From contig OZ223272.1 in the NCBI GenBank assembly GCA_965140585.1, forward strand, positions 256,001 to 320,000: a stretch of 64,000 nucleotides of DNA. Direction: 5' to 3'. The notes under the pieces were generated by a model that searched no databases, had not been told where the DNA came from, and saw only the letters and a program-made list of their open reading frames with translations. The position numbers and the translations under genes were made by a program. Position 1 is the first letter of the stretch, and each line of letters starts with the position of its first letter. Positions 49,419 through 60,300 of this stretch are shown in pieces. The stretch is from Spirochaetia bacterium (GTDB taxonomy: Bacteria > Spirochaetota > Spirochaetia > UBA9216).

Positions 49419-50798
49419 TTAAAGAAGTTCTGTAAACTCGCAGATGTTTTTACAGTCTTCGAGAGTTCTGATTGAAGATTTCAGCAGGTCAAGTTCCTGC
49501 TGAGTCTTAGGGTTAACTGCATTTTGTGCGCAGGAATCAAACTTCAGAGCAAACATGTTTTCATCCATCGGATTCTCAGGAGTACCGAAGGGGTTTGTAA
49601 CCATGCGTTCAAATGTACCTACGGCGGTTTCGATAACAACCTTAGTCCAGGCCTCCTTTCCCCGCTGCCAGTCTTCCATATATGTATAATCGATAAGTGA
49701 AGCCAGAGCCCTGACTTGCTTATCCTGAAGGTTTTCCTTACTGAAACTGTTTAAATCAACATTCCCCTTGATTAGAGCTGTAGCCATTGTAAAGGGAATA
49801 CTGAACTTCCCAATTATTGATGATTCGGGATTCCGTCTTTCATCAAGCGGCTCAAAAAGCATTTTGTTCTGAGCTCCGATTGAGACCTGAATATGTTTTA
49901 TGTCTTCAGCCTTTACATTCTCTTCTTTCGCAATAATTGAAGCTGCGGTGATTGATGAATGAGTTCCCAAACAGCAGGGCCATACCTTGAATGTAAGATC
50001 GCCTGCCTCGTAATGAATACCCAGACCGTCAAAGGCCTTCTCTGCGGTATAGTTGTCATGAAGAAATGCATGATAAAAGCCAAGCTCCCCTTCAAGCGGG
50101 GCATCAAAACCAGTAAGCCCCTCCCGGGCCATACAGCAGGCGACAATAGCATTTCTGGCAGTAAAGGATTCACGAATGGACCTTAGAGCAGTATTCGGAT
50201 TGTTGACGAGCTCACTACTGCAGGTGCTTTGACAGAGATTAAAAGAAAAAGCGCTTACAATCTGCTCAGCATTTAAACCCATAATCTTTGCAACAGCCGC
50301 GGTTGCTCCGTAGGATGAATAGATTGTGGGGATGTAAAATCCGTACTCAAGTGTATTAACATCGGCTGCCAGGGCAATGCGGACTGCAACCTCGCTTCCG
50401 AGCACCAGGGCTTCAAGAAGTTTTTTGCCTGATACGTTTCCCATCGTCTCTGCCATTGCCAGAGCTGCAGGAAAACTTGATGAGTTTGAATGGATTGTGC
50501 TTCGTAAATGAGTATCTCCGAAATCCAGAGAGTGCGCCATTGAAGCATTGGCAAACGCCGCCCAGGCTGCGGGCAGACGTTCCCGGAATCCTATTACAGC
50601 AGCTTCCCCGCTTCCTCCGGCCGACAGTTCCTTCGCAATTTTAAGCATCTGGCTGCAGCCGTCCCCCAGACCGGAAGCGCCGAGTGTAATTGCCACGGCA
50701 TCCATCACCGATTTCTTCTGAGTCTCTATAACACGCGGATCAATATCATCATATACAGTTTCTGCCACAAATTCTGCGAGAGTATGGGAAAGGTTCAT
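49419..50798 (-). CDS. MmgE/PrpD-family protein
   Basis: AAFANASMAHSLDFGDTH..HS, FKVWPCCLGTH, KFSIPF, PFGTPENP. Confidence 0.92.
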   Translation of the reverse strand: MNLSHTLAEFVAETVYDDIDPRVIETQKKSVMDAVAITLGASGLGDGCSQMLKIAKELSAGGSGEAAVIGFRERLPAAWAAFANASMAHSLDFGDTHLRSTIHSNSSSFPAALAMAETMGNVSGKKLLEALVLGSEVAVRIALAADVNTLEYGFYIPTIYSSYGATAAVAKIMGLNAEQIVSAFSFNLCQSTCSSELVNNPNTALRSIRESFTARNAIVACCMAREGLTGFDAPLEGELGFYHAFLHDNYTAEKAFDGLGIHYEAGDLTFKVWPCCLGTHSSITAASIIAKEENVKAEDIKHIQVSIGAQNKMLFEPLDERRNPESSIIGKFSIPFTMATALIKGNVDLNSFSKENLQDKQVRALASLIDYTYMEDWQRGKEAWTKVVIETAVGTFERMVTNPFGTPENPMDENMFALKFDSCAQNAVNPKTQQELDLLKSSIRTLEDCKNICEFTELL

Positions 50799-50889
50799 AA
50801 AGACTCCTGGTAATCTTTTATTTCTTTTAATACAGGGAAGCCCTTAGGGCTTCCCCAATTGGTTTTATTTTTAAATGTTAAGCGGGGGA

Positions 50890-51954
50890 TTATTTTGCCA
50901 TTTCAACAATATCTTTAATTATTGGATCAAGTCTGTTCCATTCATCCATAACTTCTTTACCCGGCCATGTGTAGTACTTTGAAGTTCCGCCGTTAATAAG
51001 AGTTCTCTCATAGTAATCACCCTCTGTCTCTGCGCCGAGAGCATCAATGACTTCTGCAATTTGAGCAACAATTTCATCAGGAGTGGCTGCCGGAGCTACG
51101 AACATTGAGCGGTTGGGAATAGCAAGAGCCTTGCCTTTTTCTTCACCGAAAACATCGATAAGTGTAGGAACACTCATGATGATGTCCTTTTCTTCACCGT
51201 CTTTGTAGTAGGAATAATCAGCATTGTCACGTGAGTTGATGATTGCCTTAACCTTGTCATCCTTGAGGTAGCCGCTGGCTGCCCATTCATCAAGAATAAT
51301 TATATTTATATTTCCGCCTAAAAGGCCGGCAGAGGCATCTGCATTTGTAGTTGAAACCCATCTGATATCTTTTGCTACGCCGGTTCCGTTAAACAGACCC
51401 TTCATTTTGATATCCATAACTTTTCCGGCAATAGAGGCTACTGTTACTTTTCCGGGGTTGGCTTTTGCATATGCTGCAAGTTCTTCCCAGTTGCTGTAGG
51501 GCTGATTTGCTTGAGTTACGAGAATACATCCTGAATCCGGATAGGGCTGAATAGCTCCGCATACAAGCTTAAACTGGCTTGTATCGCAGGGGTTAACTGA
51601 CCACAGACCACTGTAGTAGTTTGCAATACAGTTCATACCGATAAGCATAAGAGTCTGTCCGTCCGGATCAGCATGAACAAGCTGGGTAGCAAGGTTGGCC
51701 CCGCCGCCTGTATCGTTGTTCTCAATTCGAACTGTTGCACCTGTCTTGTCTGTAATCCAGTCTGCTACTGTATGGATATTGATATCGGTCCTTGAACCGA
51801 CAGCATAACCTGCCAGAATTGTAATGTCACCATTGGGCCATGATGCTGATTCAGAAGATTTAGCTGATGAACCTTCTGCGGATTTTGTTTTGTCACAACC
51901 GGAGAGACTGAAGATCAGTCCAACTGCTATGAGTAATACAATTACCTTTTTCAT
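50890..51954 (-). CDS. tctC: Tripartite tricarboxylate transporter binding lipoprotein
   Basis: Lipobox LSGC; WP..DI..GYAVGS.TD, EN..GGG, ADPDGQTL, AKANPGK, APAATPDEIV. Confidence 0.85.
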   Translation of the reverse strand: MKKVIVLLIAVGLIFSLSGCDKTKSAEGSSAKSSESASWPNGDITILAGYAVGSRTDINIHTVADWITDKTGATVRIENNDTGGGANLATQLVHADPDGQTLMLIGMNCIANYYSGLWSVNPCDTSQFKLVCGAIQPYPDSGCILVTQANQPYSNWEELAAYAKANPGKVTVASIAGKVMDIKMKGLFNGTGVAKDIRWVSTTNADASAGLLGGNINIIILDEWAASGYLKDDKVKAIINSRDNADYSYYKDGEEKDIIMSVPTLIDVFGEEKGKALAIPNRSMFVAPAATPDEIVAQIAEVIDALGAETEGDYYERTLINGGTSKYYTWPGKEVMDEWNRLDPIIKDIVEMAK

Positions 51955-52022
51955 TTCTTCCTCCAAATTTATATTCAAATACAGGTTGCCCTGTTATTTG
52001 CGAAGATTTTTAAAATTTCCAT

Positions 52023-53543
52023 TTATTTGACTGCTGCCGCAGCTTTTCTTTCGGCTATGGCCTTCTTGATAACAGGTCCCACGAAACCGTATATAAGAAC
52101 ACCAAGTCCTACTATGATAAATACGCAGGATATAGGTCTGCGGAAAAACTCTGAAAAACCGTTTATTGAATAATTCAGCCCCCTTCTGATATTAAGTTCA
52201 AGCATGGGCGAAAGTATGAATGCCATCAGAAAAGGCAGACTCGGCACCCCGAAGACATCCATAACTATCCCCAGCAGACAGAAGAACAGCGCGACCATCA
52301 GACCGAAGAAGCTTCCTGTAGTCATGAAAGCACCGGTCAAAGCCAGAATTACAACCATTGAATAGAGGTAGTGATAGGGAATCTTCAGCAGAGCTGGAAA
52401 GGTCTTCATACAGAATGTTTCATACAGAAGACAGATTACTGCAGCAATAAGGGCTGCAATAAAAATGATGTAAACGATCATCGGCTGTTCACGCATGAAC
52501 ATCGGACCTACGTTTATTCCCTTAACATTCAGGGCAGTAATAAACTGAACATTGGCCGCGTCTCCGGGAATACCCAGTGCGATAAGCGGAATAAGAGCAC
52601 CGCCGATTGCGGAGTTCTTGGCAATTTCGGGACAGAGAACACCGGCAATCTCACCCTTGCCCCATTTGGACTTGTCCTTTGCAAGCATTCTCTCGGTGGA
52701 ATAGCCCATAACAGAGGCAACAGGACCGCCGAGGCCCGGAAGGAATCCTACAACAGCACCGAGGATCCAGGATCTCAGTACGGGAAGTTTATTCTTTGAA
52801 AGGTCTTTTCCGGGCCACTTGTACCCGCCGACCTTGATATCGATTTTCTGTTCAGTCTTACTTGCCCTCGCATATTCAAGTAGAATAATCTTGGCGGCAA
52901 AAAGGCCAAGCATTACGCTGATAAGGTTCAGGCCCTTTAGGAACTCAAGACGTCCGAAAAGTAAAAAACGTCCGCTTGCATTTATGGGGTCTTCACCGAT
53001 TGAAGCCAGAAAGATTGCAAGGCCTACACCAATCATACTCTTTACGAGGTTGCCTTTGGACAGTCCTACAACCATCAGAATTGCGCAGAAACATAAGGCG
53101 GCATATTCCCATGGCCCAAGTTTAACCGCCCATATTGCAATGCCGCGGCAGGCAAAGATTGCAAGGATGATTGAAGGGAAGGTTCCCAGAAAGTTAACTG
53201 TTACCGCTGCGCTTAAGGGGCGGACAGGGTCTCCCTGCTTGGTAAACTCGTACCCGTCCCAGACCGTTGCCAGCGAAGAGGCAGTGCCTGGAATTCCCAG
53301 AAGAATTGAACCGATACATCCGCCGGACATACCTCCTATTACAATTGAAATAAACAGCGCCAGAACCAGGTTGGTATCCAGACGATAGGCTATAGGTAAT
53401 AAAATTACCATCAACGTTGAGCTTCCCAGGCCGGGAATAGCTCCAAGCACGATTCCGCCCAGGGCTCCCGCTATTATGTATATAAGTCCTGTAGGCGTAA
53501 AAATATTATGCAGTGCACCAAAAATTAAATCCATTATTTCCAT
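52023..53543 (-). CDS. tctA: Tripartite tricarboxylate transporter large subunit
   Basis: GAIPGLG, ILLGIPGT..ATVWDGY, GFLPGLG, PE.AKN, LGIPG. Confidence 0.92.
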   Translation of the reverse strand: MEIMDLIFGALHNIFTPTGLIYIIAGALGGIVLGAIPGLGSSTLMVILLPIAYRLDTNLVLALFISIVIGGMSGGCIGSILLGIPGTASSLATVWDGYEFTKQGDPVRPLSAAVTVNFLGTFPSIILAIFACRGIAIWAVKLGPWEYAALCFCAILMVVGLSKGNLVKSMIGVGLAIFLASIGEDPINASGRFLLFGRLEFLKGLNLISVMLGLFAAKIILLEYARASKTEQKIDIKVGGYKWPGKDLSKNKLPVLRSWILGAVVGFLPGLGGPVASVMGYSTERMLAKDKSKWGKGEIAGVLCPEIAKNSAIGGALIPLIALGIPGDAANVQFITALNVKGINVGPMFMREQPMIVYIIFIAALIAAVICLLYETFCMKTFPALLKIPYHYLYSMVVILALTGAFMTTGSFFGLMVALFFCLLGIVMDVFGVPSLPFLMAFILSPMLELNIRRGLNYSINGFSEFFRRPISCVFIIVGLGVLIYGFVGPVIKKAIAERKAAAAVK

Positions 53544-53555
53544 TATTTTTTATCC

Positions 53556-54050
53556 TCAGTAGAGAAGTTTAAATACCAAACCTTCGGGAAGCCTTGCGTT
53601 AAGACCTACAACATACGCAAGGTATACACAAACGCTGGCAATTACCGCATAGATAAGGCTTTTCAGAATACGCTTTTTCAGCTCAAGCTCCTTCAGCGAC
53701 AGCCTGCTCATAAGAAAGGTAAGAGTGAAGGCAATAATCGGAAGAGAGAGCATAAATCCCAGAAGGAAAAACAGAAGAGCAACTCCGATATAAACACCGA
53801 ACATGGTAAGTGCCGAGAGCCACTGTTTACGGGTAAGGAAGGTACCCGCCACCTTACCAGGCTTGATAATCAGCGCAATTCCGCAGATAAGCATAATTGC
53901 GGCACCGGTCATCGGGAACATTTTGGGACCCGGGTCACCGTCATATCCTGAAGCCCTGAGCTGCATTGAAAGAATAGTAATCAACGCAGCAATCACAATA
54001 GTAGCAACACCAAGGATAAAATCTTTCTTGTTTTTTATATATTCAGTCAT
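53556..54050 (-). CDS. tctB: Tripartite tricarboxylate transporter small subunit
   Basis: 4-5 TM; DPGPKMFP, LPEG; operon position. Confidence 0.85.
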   Translation of the reverse strand: MTEYIKNKKDFILGVATIVIAALITILSMQLRASGYDGDPGPKMFPMTGAAIMLICGIALIIKPGKVAGTFLTRKQWLSALTMFGVYIGVALLFFLLGFMLSLPIIAFTLTFLMSRLSLKELELKKRILKSLIYAVIASVCVYLAYVVGLNARLPEGLVFKLLY

Positions 54051-54208
54051 TTTGAAATTTCCGTTTTAAATAGTTTGGGTCTGAGCGCAGCACGAGGCGG
54101 GCAATTCATGTAGATCTCCTTTAATAAAAATTTTCTTTTCCTTTGATTCTCAGGCTAACACGTTTTAGTTTTTCCTTAAAAATCATTTTTTAAAGACGCC
54201 CGATAACC

Positions 54209-54255
54209 TGTGATAAAAGCACATTAATGGAAGTAATTTTTGTACTTTTCGCACA
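54209..54255. promoter_or_regulatory. Pair of putative PucR operators upstream of tctB
   Basis: TGTGATAAAAGCACA and TGTACTTTTCGCACA, starts 32 bp apart. Confidence 0.55.
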
Positions 54256-54351
54256 CCGGCCTGCTCAAACGGTTTAATTCGACAAAACCAGCGATTAAGA
54301 ATATAATCAAGCCTTAAGTTCCGTTTTTAAACATTCAGGAGTACAAAAACA

Positions 54352-55917
54352 ATGCTTTATCTGTCATATCTATTCCAGCATCTGAGGCAGTGCACCGTTT
54401 ACGCCGATGAAAAGAACCTGCCGGAAACATGCCCGCAGGAAGTTGATTTTATAGATGATCAGAAAAGCCTTTGCGCAGATAAGACATGGATAGGCGCGGG
54501 CGAGGAAACAGTAAGAAATCTTCAAAATGCCGAAATTGAACCCGGTACTGTAATTTTTATATGTGAACACAAATCAAATTATGTGATCCTGAACAAGAAT
54601 CCTGAAATTACGGTTATATACCTTTCCTGTCCGCGGACGAACCTTTTTATTATGATCAACAAAATACTCACTCTCAGGCAGATCTGGCTTGATAAATATG
54701 CCACAGCTGATGATCAGTCCTTATACGCAATGCTTAATCTGACATCCGATTTTGCAGAATCTCCGGTCATTCTGCTGAATCCGAATTACCGCATCGTACT
54801 CAGCTGCAAATTGGAAGAAAGCAAATTTCTAGCCGGACATCTGGACCAGACAGGAGCTCTCCCAAAAAAAATTGCAGACTCTATTTTTATAAACAGATCG
54901 GAGAAGCATTTACCGGTTGAATACAAGGTAGCCGAGAGCGGTATTCGCCTTTACGGATACCGGATATATCACGAGGATCAGCTTGTTAGTGTTATCTTGA
55001 TTGAAAGCAGCATTGAACAGACCGAGATTGACTGCAGGGGATTATGCGTCTGTGCCGGACAGGCGATTCACCGCCACATACTGCCGGCCAATTCGCTGAA
55101 GCTTGGAACCTATACAAAGGACTTCAGACAGTTCTGGATGGAAATAATGGATCAAAGCCTGACCCAGACCTTCGAGATAATTCAGAGACTGAGGCTGATG
55201 CCCTTTCCAATTGAAACCTTTGTCCGCGTGATTGTTGTAACATTCCGGAATAAAAACACAAAGCAGACGCCCTCAAGTTTTATATTTGCACAGCTGCGCG
55301 AAGTGTTTCCGGACTGCAATATGACGATTCACGAGAATGAGGTTGTGATTCTTCAAACCTATCCACAGCGGACATTCAACCTAAACCTTGACACAAAAAG
55401 GCTTGAAACCATTCTTGAGCGGCACAACGGTTTCATTGGGATAAGCAACGGAACCAGGGATTTCGGAAACCTGCGCTCACTCTATATTCTGGCAAAAAAC
55501 ACAATTCCGCTGGCCTGCGAACTTAGGGAGAACCTAAAAGAGAGGATATTCTTTTACGAGGAGTTCTGGATATATACCGCAATAGATATGTGCGCTCACA
55601 GGTTTTACGAACTTCATCACCATAACGACATAGTCTATCTGATTCATCCGGCGGTTGTGCACCTGACCAGATACGACAGGGATCATAACACAAACCTTAG
55701 GGACACCCTGTTTTATTATCTGCTGAATGACCGCAACCTGGTAAAAACAGCGGCGGTTACCTATGCTCACAGAAATACAGTCATAAATAAGGTTAATAAA
55801 ATCAACAAACTCATTGAGCTTGATCTTGAGGACGGCATTCTGCGTCAGCGTATTATATTCTCATGCCAAATGATAAGGTATCATGAAAAGTACATGAAAC
55901 GCGAACTGAAGATATAA
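54352..55917 (+). CDS. PucR/CdaR-family transcriptional regulator
   Basis: HPAV..L..YD..HNTNL.DTL..YL..RNL.KTA...AHRNTV..K..KI; divergent from tct operon. Confidence 0.88.
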   Translation: MLYLSYLFQHLRQCTVYADEKNLPETCPQEVDFIDDQKSLCADKTWIGAGEETVRNLQNAEIEPGTVIFICEHKSNYVILNKNPEITVIYLSCPRTNLFIMINKILTLRQIWLDKYATADDQSLYAMLNLTSDFAESPVILLNPNYRIVLSCKLEESKFLAGHLDQTGALPKKIADSIFINRSEKHLPVEYKVAESGIRLYGYRIYHEDQLVSVILIESSIEQTEIDCRGLCVCAGQAIHRHILPANSLKLGTYTKDFRQFWMEIMDQSLTQTFEIIQRLRLMPFPIETFVRVIVVTFRNKNTKQTPSSFIFAQLREVFPDCNMTIHENEVVILQTYPQRTFNLNLDTKRLETILERHNGFIGISNGTRDFGNLRSLYILAKNTIPLACELRENLKERIFFYEEFWIYTAIDMCAHRFYELHHHNDIVYLIHPAVVHLTRYDRDHNTNLRDTLFYYLLNDRNLVKTAAVTYAHRNTVINKVNKINKLIELDLEDGILRQRIIFSCQMIRYHEKYMKRELKI

Positions 55918-55928
55918 GGTTCCCCGGA

Positions 55929-56777
55929 TTAAGAAAAATTATTCCTGCACATATCGACAATCTCGTCCCTGCGGTCAACGCCCAGCTTGTCCCTGATATG
56001 CTTCATATGCTCTTTAAGTGTATAGGGTGAGATCCCGAGCCTTTCAGCCAATGCTCTGTCCCTTTCCCGGTAAACAACCAGAGCCTCAATAACCTCCATC
56101 TCTCTGGGAGTAATACCCATGGAGTCAAGATCGGCAGGCTGGGTCAGCTGTCTGTACACCAGATCAAGATCATCAAGCTTGTTCTGCAGGCGGGTCCGCT
56201 CCATCTCTATCCGGCTCAGTTTATTTTCAGCCTCGGTTGTTAATTTTACGTAATAGATTATTTCATTTGAATAGATAGTGTATAGGACACCTATAAAGAC
56301 AAGGATATACATTATTGCATCCAGGCCGGCATTCCAGTGCACCACACCGCTCTGAAGCCTTGCAGCAATTTCAATAATAACAAATATTATACCTATAAAT
56401 AGAAATATCTTTAAAAGGGGCTTCTTCTCAAAGAGACCGTAGCGGAAACCGATTATCAAAGCAAGGATAACCAGGCCCAGTCCATGGAAGGAATTATAAA
56501 CATCAAGAATTGCAATTGCACCTACAAGAAAGAAGATACACAGCTGAACATACCTTAAGAAATTGATGTCCTTAAGTGAAGTTAAGAAGGTAATGATTGA
56601 AACTGCAAGTATAACGCTTACGGAAGGATACAGCAGTGCATCAAGAACTGAGACTCTTTGCAAAAGACCGACAAAGTTAATAATTACAACAAGCATCCCA
56701 AGAGAGGAAACTATGTAGGCGATTCTTTTTTGTACCTTAAAAACCGAAGATTTTTTAGCTGATATCCCAGAAGCCAT
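55929..56777 (-). CDS. Membrane-anchored LuxR-type one-component regulator
   Basis: About 6 TM, coiled coil, C-terminal ITPREMEV..LAERLGIS..TLKEHMKHIRDKLGV; AGGAG RBS inside upstream gene. Confidence 0.85.
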   Translation of the reverse strand: MASGISAKKSSVFKVQKRIAYIVSSLGMLVVIINFVGLLQRVSVLDALLYPSVSVILAVSIITFLTSLKDINFLRYVQLCIFFLVGAIAILDVYNSFHGLGLVILALIIGFRYGLFEKKPLLKIFLFIGIIFVIIEIAARLQSGVVHWNAGLDAIMYILVFIGVLYTIYSNEIIYYVKLTTEAENKLSRIEMERTRLQNKLDDLDLVYRQLTQPADLDSMGITPREMEVIEALVVYRERDRALAERLGISPYTLKEHMKHIRDKLGVDRRDEIVDMCRNNFS

Positions 56778-57303
56778 CGACATCTCCTGAACTCAAAATT
56801 TCATCCATTTCAGGACTTTCTACATTTTGTATTTCAGTGAGAAGTTGAGTTTCAACTGCCGAAGCATCCCATTTACCGGCAGAAACAGGATTATACTTCC
56901 CCTTAGCTCCGTCGGAGTCGGTATCCTTCACGTGGTTGCGCAGACTCTGAAGTGCAAGCAGAGCCATTCCTCTTTTTATGATCTTTTCATCACCGCCCTG
57001 AAAATTCGATATATTGAACAGCCTGGCATAGACATCCTGATCATCAAGGTCATTATGTTCAAAAACAGATTTTCCCGCGGCCCTGGCAATATGGTATACA
57101 GCAAGATTCGCAACCGAGGTCCTCATTGGCTGTGAACAGCCGGCCAGAAAGGGGATTGCGGCAATAAGCTTTGCAGTTTTGTTTTCTGATAATTTCTTAC
57201 TTTCATCAGCACTGAAACCGAATGAAGAAGAAACAACAGAAACTATGCTTTCCCATTGCCCGTCCGTGAACCCTGCTGAACTTGAATTTTCCAAAGTACC
57301 CAT
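56755..57303 (-). CDS. Hypothetical 182-aa protein with isoprenoid-synthase-like acidic motifs and C-terminal Trp tail
   Basis: GGGAGG RBS; HNDLDDQD; NHVKDTDSDGAKGKYNP; ends VDGFWDIS. Confidence 0.6.
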   Translation of the reverse strand: MGTLENSSSAGFTDGQWESIVSVVSSSFGFSADESKKLSENKTAKLIAAIPFLAGCSQPMRTSVANLAVYHIARAAGKSVFEHNDLDDQDVYARLFNISNFQGGDEKIIKRGMALLALQSLRNHVKDTDSDGAKGKYNPVSAGKWDASAVETQLLTEIQNVESPEMDEILSSGDVDGFWDIS

Positions 57304-57364
57304 GAAAACCTCCCGAAAATCTAAATAGATTATAAACGGGATAAGCATTTTTAGTCACTATGTT

Positions 57365-60300
57365 TTATTCAATATATAGACAAACTTCACCCATAAGCCC
57401 CGCAGCTTCAGTTACATACTCCGGGGTGAAGGCCGCACCGGAGGGATGAAAATCTTCCCAGCTTATTCTGCTGCAGACATCTGCAGATCTGTGAAGCGGC
57501 CCAAGAAGGTTGCGAAGGTTTCCGACTATCTCAATTTCAACCGAGACAAGCCCGGCTGTAGGGGCAATTTTACCACTGACGTCAATATCCGTCTCACGAA
57601 GGGCAAAGACAGGCTGATTTCCGCCAATTCTAATTACGGCAAGAGCACCGCGGAACTCACCCAGGTGAAGCATCAGCCGTCGACCCTCAGAAGCCTTAAT
57701 CTCAGGCAGTGCTGCTGCAGGAATTTCATACTGGTAGATACAGCTGCCCGGGTAATGCTTCAGCCCCTGAAGCGACCAGTCTCCCCGCTCAAGAACCGAC
57801 GGCATTTCGATAATGCGGCGGGACGGGCTGACCCCGAAACTTCCTGTAATGTAGATATCTTCAAGCTCGGTTGATGAGCAGTACATCAGATCTATTTCAA
57901 GCACATTCTCACCGGCTACAAGCGCAGGAATCCGGTGCTTGATAAAATCTTCATCGATAAACCACTGTTCTGTCTGTTCACAGGCCCTGGAATTACAGCT
58001 GATTTTCATCCCTGCGGATTTTTCAACTGCCGCAAAGACTTCTCTCTCGGGGATGCAGTCCGCGGTAAAAGAGAACCGCAATGAAAGCGGATACTCTTTT
58101 TTATCATCAATCCAGAGGTAGCGCTGGGGTGCACCGTTGTAGTGGACAGCCTGCATGCCAAAACGTTCGCGGATAATCTTCTGAGCCTGCCATACCGGCA
58201 GCTCATCACTCCATGCCTCATCGGCAATTCTGAAACTGCAGATATCAAGGGTAAGATCGTTTTCACTTGTAAGCCTGACAGGAGAGACAGCGGGAAATCC
58301 GTAAACAAGCTCAACAGAATCATGGGGATGCCGATAGTAGAGCGAAAGAGCCTGGGATACTTCAGGTTCAGCGGTCTCATCAATAAAAAAGACCACAGTT
58401 TCCTCTGCTTCAAATGAGAGCCTGCAGTTCATTCCGCCCTGATTATCAAGTTCAACAGGAACTATGGACTGATCTCCGGAAAGCAGATCAAGCCGGGTAA
58501 GCCTTCCCCTGTCGGCGAATTTCAGAATAAGTCCATCAAGTTTTTCAGCAGCGGTATTTACAATTGTAACAGCCCTGCCCGTTTCAAGGGTACGGGTCAT
58601 CGAAAGCAGCCGGTCACAGTCGGTTCCGAATCCGTCACATATCCGCACCGGCCTTTGAACCATGGATGACATCAAGGAGACAAGCTCCCCTAAACGGCCT
58701 GCAGGATGTACGCGGAAATGACCTGTAAGCTCTGCTATCTTTCCGGATTTTTCAGCATCAACGTATTCAGGATAGGGAGTCATCCAGAAGATATGCCCCC
58801 CTGATTCAAGAAACCCGCTTAGAAGCTCAATGGTAGAGGCCATCAGAGTCTGAAGCGGCGGAACTATTACATAAGAATACCGGTGGTAACCAACCTGCAG
58901 TTTATCTCCACTTACGGCCGCGGAATCTTTCATGATAAGCTCATCACCGAAATCAAAATCAAACTGACGGGCAAGAAGTTGATGTGTCAGCTGGTTGTAG
59001 TAGTCGCCTTCGCGATTGAGATTCATCAGATGCCCATCAAGCCAGCCCATGTTCATGTACACTTTTGAAAGATCTTCATCAGCAGAACTGCCCGACTTCA
59101 TCCAGAACGTTCCCACCGGATGAATCATGAGGATATCGCGGTGAACCTCCCCGGAGGTCGTGCAGACACCCAGGCGTGCAAAGTAGTCTTCCATAAAATG
59201 AGAATATTCCCAGAATGTTGACTGATAGTTGAAAGCCGGCGGATAATCACGCTTTCTGCAGCCGCTTATCGAGTAAAGAGTCAGATGCTGACACCTTTTG
59301 TTGACACCCATCACATACTGCCAGTCTCCAAGACGTTTCTGACCGGCAAAAGAGAACTCCCAGCCGGTGCATCCGTACATCTCTGACAGGACCATTTCGC
59401 GGCGGAACTGGTTGGCAACGCTTGTACACTGTTTTACCGTAAGATACTCACTGCGCTGATCACCAAGCAGGTCTATTCCGGGAGCATGCATATAGCGGTA
59501 GTGCGGCATAACCGCCCCGTTGCAGCGGACGCCGTAGCCGAGATCGTTTTCATAAAGCATATGGCCGGTAAGTTTTACATCATGCCCTTCACACCAGTCA
59601 TAGAGCTGTCTTGTATATGAAGAAACAAAGATTTCGGTAAGTGTAAGCCAGTAATCATAGCGGGCCTTTCCCGAGCCTTCGCCCTTAAAGAAAAGAAACG
59701 GCAGGATGCCTAAAATCTCATATCCGCGGGATTCTTTAAAATACTGTGAAAAAGAATCGGTCCATGGAAGCCAGGGCCGCCCCTGTGTAAAATTCGCGAA
59801 AAAGTCACAGACGTTGGGTTCATCAGTAAAAAAGCCCTTGATTGCCGTGCCGAGTTTTTCACCGAAGCGGTCGGCATAAGCCTTATGGGTTTTATTCAAA
59901 AACAGGCGGACCGCTTCCGGGTTCATGTTATCGCTTGGCGCAGAGCCGTTATACCATTCCGAGGGGCCTGAGAGCTCTCTTCTGAAAACCAGAAAGCGCT
60001 TTTCTTCACCGGGGCCAGCGTAGGGCTCAGCAGGGAAGACCGCTAGAATATCGGCGTCGTTGGAGGGGGTTTTGTTTGTGCTTATTTCAAGGGTCAGTGC
60101 TTTGGCTGAAAAATGCTGCGGATTGGCAGCGCTTACCGCCCCCCCGACACTGCCGGAGGGCCAGGTGTCCTCATCATAGATCCAGACTTCCATGCCAGAT
60201 TTTTCGGCATGATTCAGGGCTGCATCTGTACAGTCCATCCACTCATCTGAAAGGTACTCTGTTTCAAGCCCTTCCCGTGAATGAATGAAAAAGCCGCCTA

